Positions 61,520 to 64,000 of a stretch of 64,000 nucleotides of DNA are shown here, piece by piece; the first letter of the stretch is position 1, and each line of letters opens with the position of its first letter. Made by a program: the position numbers and the translations under genes. Under the pieces are notes generated by a model. The model ran no database searches, had not been told where the DNA came from, and saw nothing but the letters and a program-made list of their open reading frames with translations. Origin of the DNA: Psammoneis japonica (taxonomy: Eukaryota); NCBI GenBank assembly GCA_008632985.1, contig QPGO01000020.1:434001-498000 (forward strand), given 5' to 3'.

Positions 61520-62720
61520 CTCTGGTGAAAAAGGCAAAAAAAGAAGGTGCCCAAGAAGAAAGCACCAGCATCAACACTGGCAGGAGCACCAAAAAGAGTG
61601 GGGCAGCCACCAAAGAATCCACTCTTGCCTTCACCATGAGGAAGTCAAAAGAACAAAGCTTGGCAGACCATGGAGGAATCCAATGGTTGGTGCAGAGTCA
61701 GATGAGACATTGGCATTGCCCTGCGAGAAAAGCCGACAAAAAGGAGGCGATCCGTCAGACTGGGTTGAAAACCAAGGGTGCTGCAGGCCACCAACAAAGG
61801 GGATGGGATTGCAGGTGAGGAGTTGTCCACCATGAGAAGGGGCAGACCCAGGAGGAAAGCATGAGCAAAGAGAGCTGCAGAGATTGTGCCTGCCGACTCT
61901 GGAGACATCTCTCGAAAATTGGAGCGGCAAAAAAAATCAAGGTGGTGGACCCCCCAGGAAACCTGCAGAAATGGTTCCCACCCACTGAGTCAAAGAAAAT
62001 TTCTGGATGTCAAAACCTGCCACTGATCTGGAGATTGAAGTGTCAATGAAAGATGACGAGGACAAGGCATTGAATCCTCTAACATCAAAAGAGGCACCAG
62101 CAGAAGATGGGTGCGGAGCTCCGCCTGAAATGAGATCCGCAGAAATGCAAGGCAACCTGCAAAATTGGAACCCAGACATGCAGCTCAAAATGAATGAAAA
62201 AGTGATGGGAGGTGACGCATTCAAGGAATTGGATTCCAAGACAGAAGCAACACTTGAGGTTGAAAAAGAGCCGGTGGCCAAGTCATCTGAGGAGAAAGGG
62301 CCAGGCGCCGAGGGTGCGATGTGGAGTCTCAATGCGGAGCCAGCAGTGACCCAACCCATGGAGAAGGAGACCACCGAGATGAATGAAAATGTTGATGAAG
62401 AAGATTCCCCGGAAGTTGTTGGGAAGTGGACAGGCAGAACACCACTTGCCCCACGACCATGTGTGGCTGGTGTGGCCGCCTCCAGACTGCTTGGGAGATT
62501 TTGACCCTAAATGTTGCGCAAGGATGACGGGTGACAGTGAGCTGTTCCCCACAGTGCTTGGCATGGCACCCCCAGCACTGTCGAGTGCACACGGAAGAAG
62601 TGAATGTGTCGTTGTGCCAGCCTGTGAGGCCGCTCCTCAACTCATGGGGACAGAGAATGACACCCAGCTGACATTTTCGATCAAGAGTTCATTTCCTTGT
62701 TACGCTGAGTGGTGTTCATT
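61520..62720 (+). pseudogene. Decayed Lys/Glu-rich ORF divergent from the hAT relic
   Basis: Consecutive protein-like ORF pieces (61525-61818, 62007-62504, 62383-62724). No family recognised. Confidence 0.3.
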
Positions 62721-63040
62721 GTAGAGAAGAGCTCAAAAGTAGATACTATCCATTATGAATAAATCCAACATTAGTCTCGGCCTCTGATTCTTTCTCCTGC
62801 TAGGGAGCCCACGAGGAACCGAATGCAAACGTGCCAGCCTCCCGTCAAAACTTGAAAAGCGTGACTGACTGTCGGCTTTTCTACAGGCTTCTCCAGTACA
62901 GTTTCTACGCATTCACGAATGGTGTCAGCCTCAGCAACGAGCGACCGTCTCACTCACCACAAACCACACAAAAATCCAACACTGTTGAATTGAAACACCC
63001 TGTACCAATCTCTATCTGTCTTGATACTATTACCCCCATT

Positions 63041-64000
63041 ATGATTGCATACATTGCACTAATCATACTCTTTATGAATCTCCTGCTACGTGTATATCAC
63101 GGTAAGCAGAACCACGGCCGAATCGTCAGCGGTTTCCTTTGGAATTCGTGCGTTACTGTAAACAAGATTCGATGCACGATTCACGCTGTCGTGTCCTTTG
63201 TCCTTGCGGTCTGTAAAGTTCTCCTCGCTTTATATGCTGTGACATTCATATACTTGGTGTTGAAGTCAATTGGCAGTTATGTCTATTACTTGTACCGCCG
63301 AATTATGGACATTGACGACCTGACGACTCTTCTTTATGATCGAGCGTGCGATGCTGTTGCGGCTATTCTTGCGGTTGCAGTGGTTGTATGGACCATGTAT
63401 TATGCCGTATATGTTCCATTGCGATTTTTATCCCCATGGCTGCTGCTCTTGAAGCGTAAGCTATTTTGTCGCGGTCGGATCAGATGGAGACCGGACCGAA
63501 TGCTTGTTCAAGGCATTGACGTTGGTGACTCTCCTCCAGTCCCAACCGGCGTGGTTGCTCCACGAGGACTTCGGATCCCTCGATACACTCGTGTAATACC
63601 CGTATTGGATGAACAGCGATTGGCTGCAGCTCTGCGTGAGTTTGAATGGAAGCAGGACCAATGCATTCGTGAATGTCAATCGCACCCAAGATATGATCAC
63701 TGGCGTGGATGGGAACGGACTCCAGCGGCCATTGAACCAGCTGATGCCATGGGCAACAATCCTACTGCGGTGGAGGATGTAGCTCCTGAAGCTGATGATA
63801 CTGTTGATCCTTGGGATGCCTTGAACGAGCCTGCTGTGGATGTTGACGATGCTCCAGTCGATGTGGAGGTGGGCGTTCCTGTTGCCGTAGTAAAGGAACC
63901 TGTGGCTGAAGCATTAGACGATTCTGCAGTAGCTGTTGACGACGCCAAGCGCAAAGTATGTGGTCGCGGTCGGATCAGATGGAGACCGGACCGAATGCTT
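63041..64000 (+). CDS. Partial ORF (runs off the window): hydrophobic N-terminal helices followed by an internal 165-aa repeat
   Basis: Open from ATG 63041 to the window end. GTCGCGGTCGGATCAGATGGAGACCGGACCGAATGCTT (RGRIRWRPDRML) occurs at 63468 and 63963, a 495-bp in-frame period. Confidence 0.6.
   Translation, partial: MIAYIALIILFMNLLLRVYHGKQNHGRIVSGFLWNSCVTVNKIRCTIHAVVSFVLAVCKVLLALYAVTFIYLVLKSIGSYVYYLYRRIMDIDDLTTLLYDRACDAVAAILAVAVVVWTMYYAVYVPLRFLSPWLLLLKRKLFCRGRIRWRPDRMLVQGIDVGDSPPVPTGVVAPRGLRIPRYTRVIPVLDEQRLAAALREFEWKQDQCIRECQSHPRYDHWRGWERTPAAIEPADAMGNNPTAVEDVAPEADDTVDPWDALNEPAVDVDDAPVDVEVGVPVAVVKEPVAEALDDSAVAVDDAKRKVCGRGRIRWRPDRML

Larger units (their letters stand above)
55090..62700. 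other. CpG- and TpA-depleted block 4
   Basis: Same signature. Contains satellite B and the hAT relic. Confidence 0.9.

Noticed and set aside
1..62700. Classical fungal RIP as the cause of the biased blocks
   Set aside because: RIP raises TpA and lowers CpA/TpG; the opposite is seen here.
1..62700. Alternative genetic code or selenoprotein-type TGA readthrough in the biased blocks
   Set aside because: The bias is frame- and strand-independent and covers non-coding satellites; neighbouring genes use the standard code.

Overview
Eukaryotic nuclear DNA, most likely from a diatom: it has a spliced fucoxanthin-chlorophyll protein gene with an ASAFAP-type plastid targeting peptide and short GT-AG introns. 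The window alternates between two sequence states. Four blocks (~1-7230, ~15400-23690, ~42440-47990, ~55090-62700) are almost free of BOTH CpG and TpA and are rich in TG/CA. They hold decayed transposons (a CRE-like non-LTR retrotransposon, hAT transposases) and two unrelated ~187-bp satellites. The blocks between them have normal composition. They carry a bacterial-type sulfatase, a disrupted Cys-repeat/Lys-rich protein gene, an FCP, a VPS13 fragment, a GH53 fragment, an amino-acid transporter, a MAPEG-like gene, a prolyl 4-hydroxylase, a GNAT, an inositol 5-phosphatase-like gene and several orphan ORFs. The main finding is an apparent repeat-targeted hypermutation process that converts TpA to TpG/CpA (A>G) in addition to ordinary CpG decay and spares TTAA. 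Two pairs of homologous sequences inside the window show these changes directly. All counts are manual, and many frameshifts in the genes could be assembly indels.
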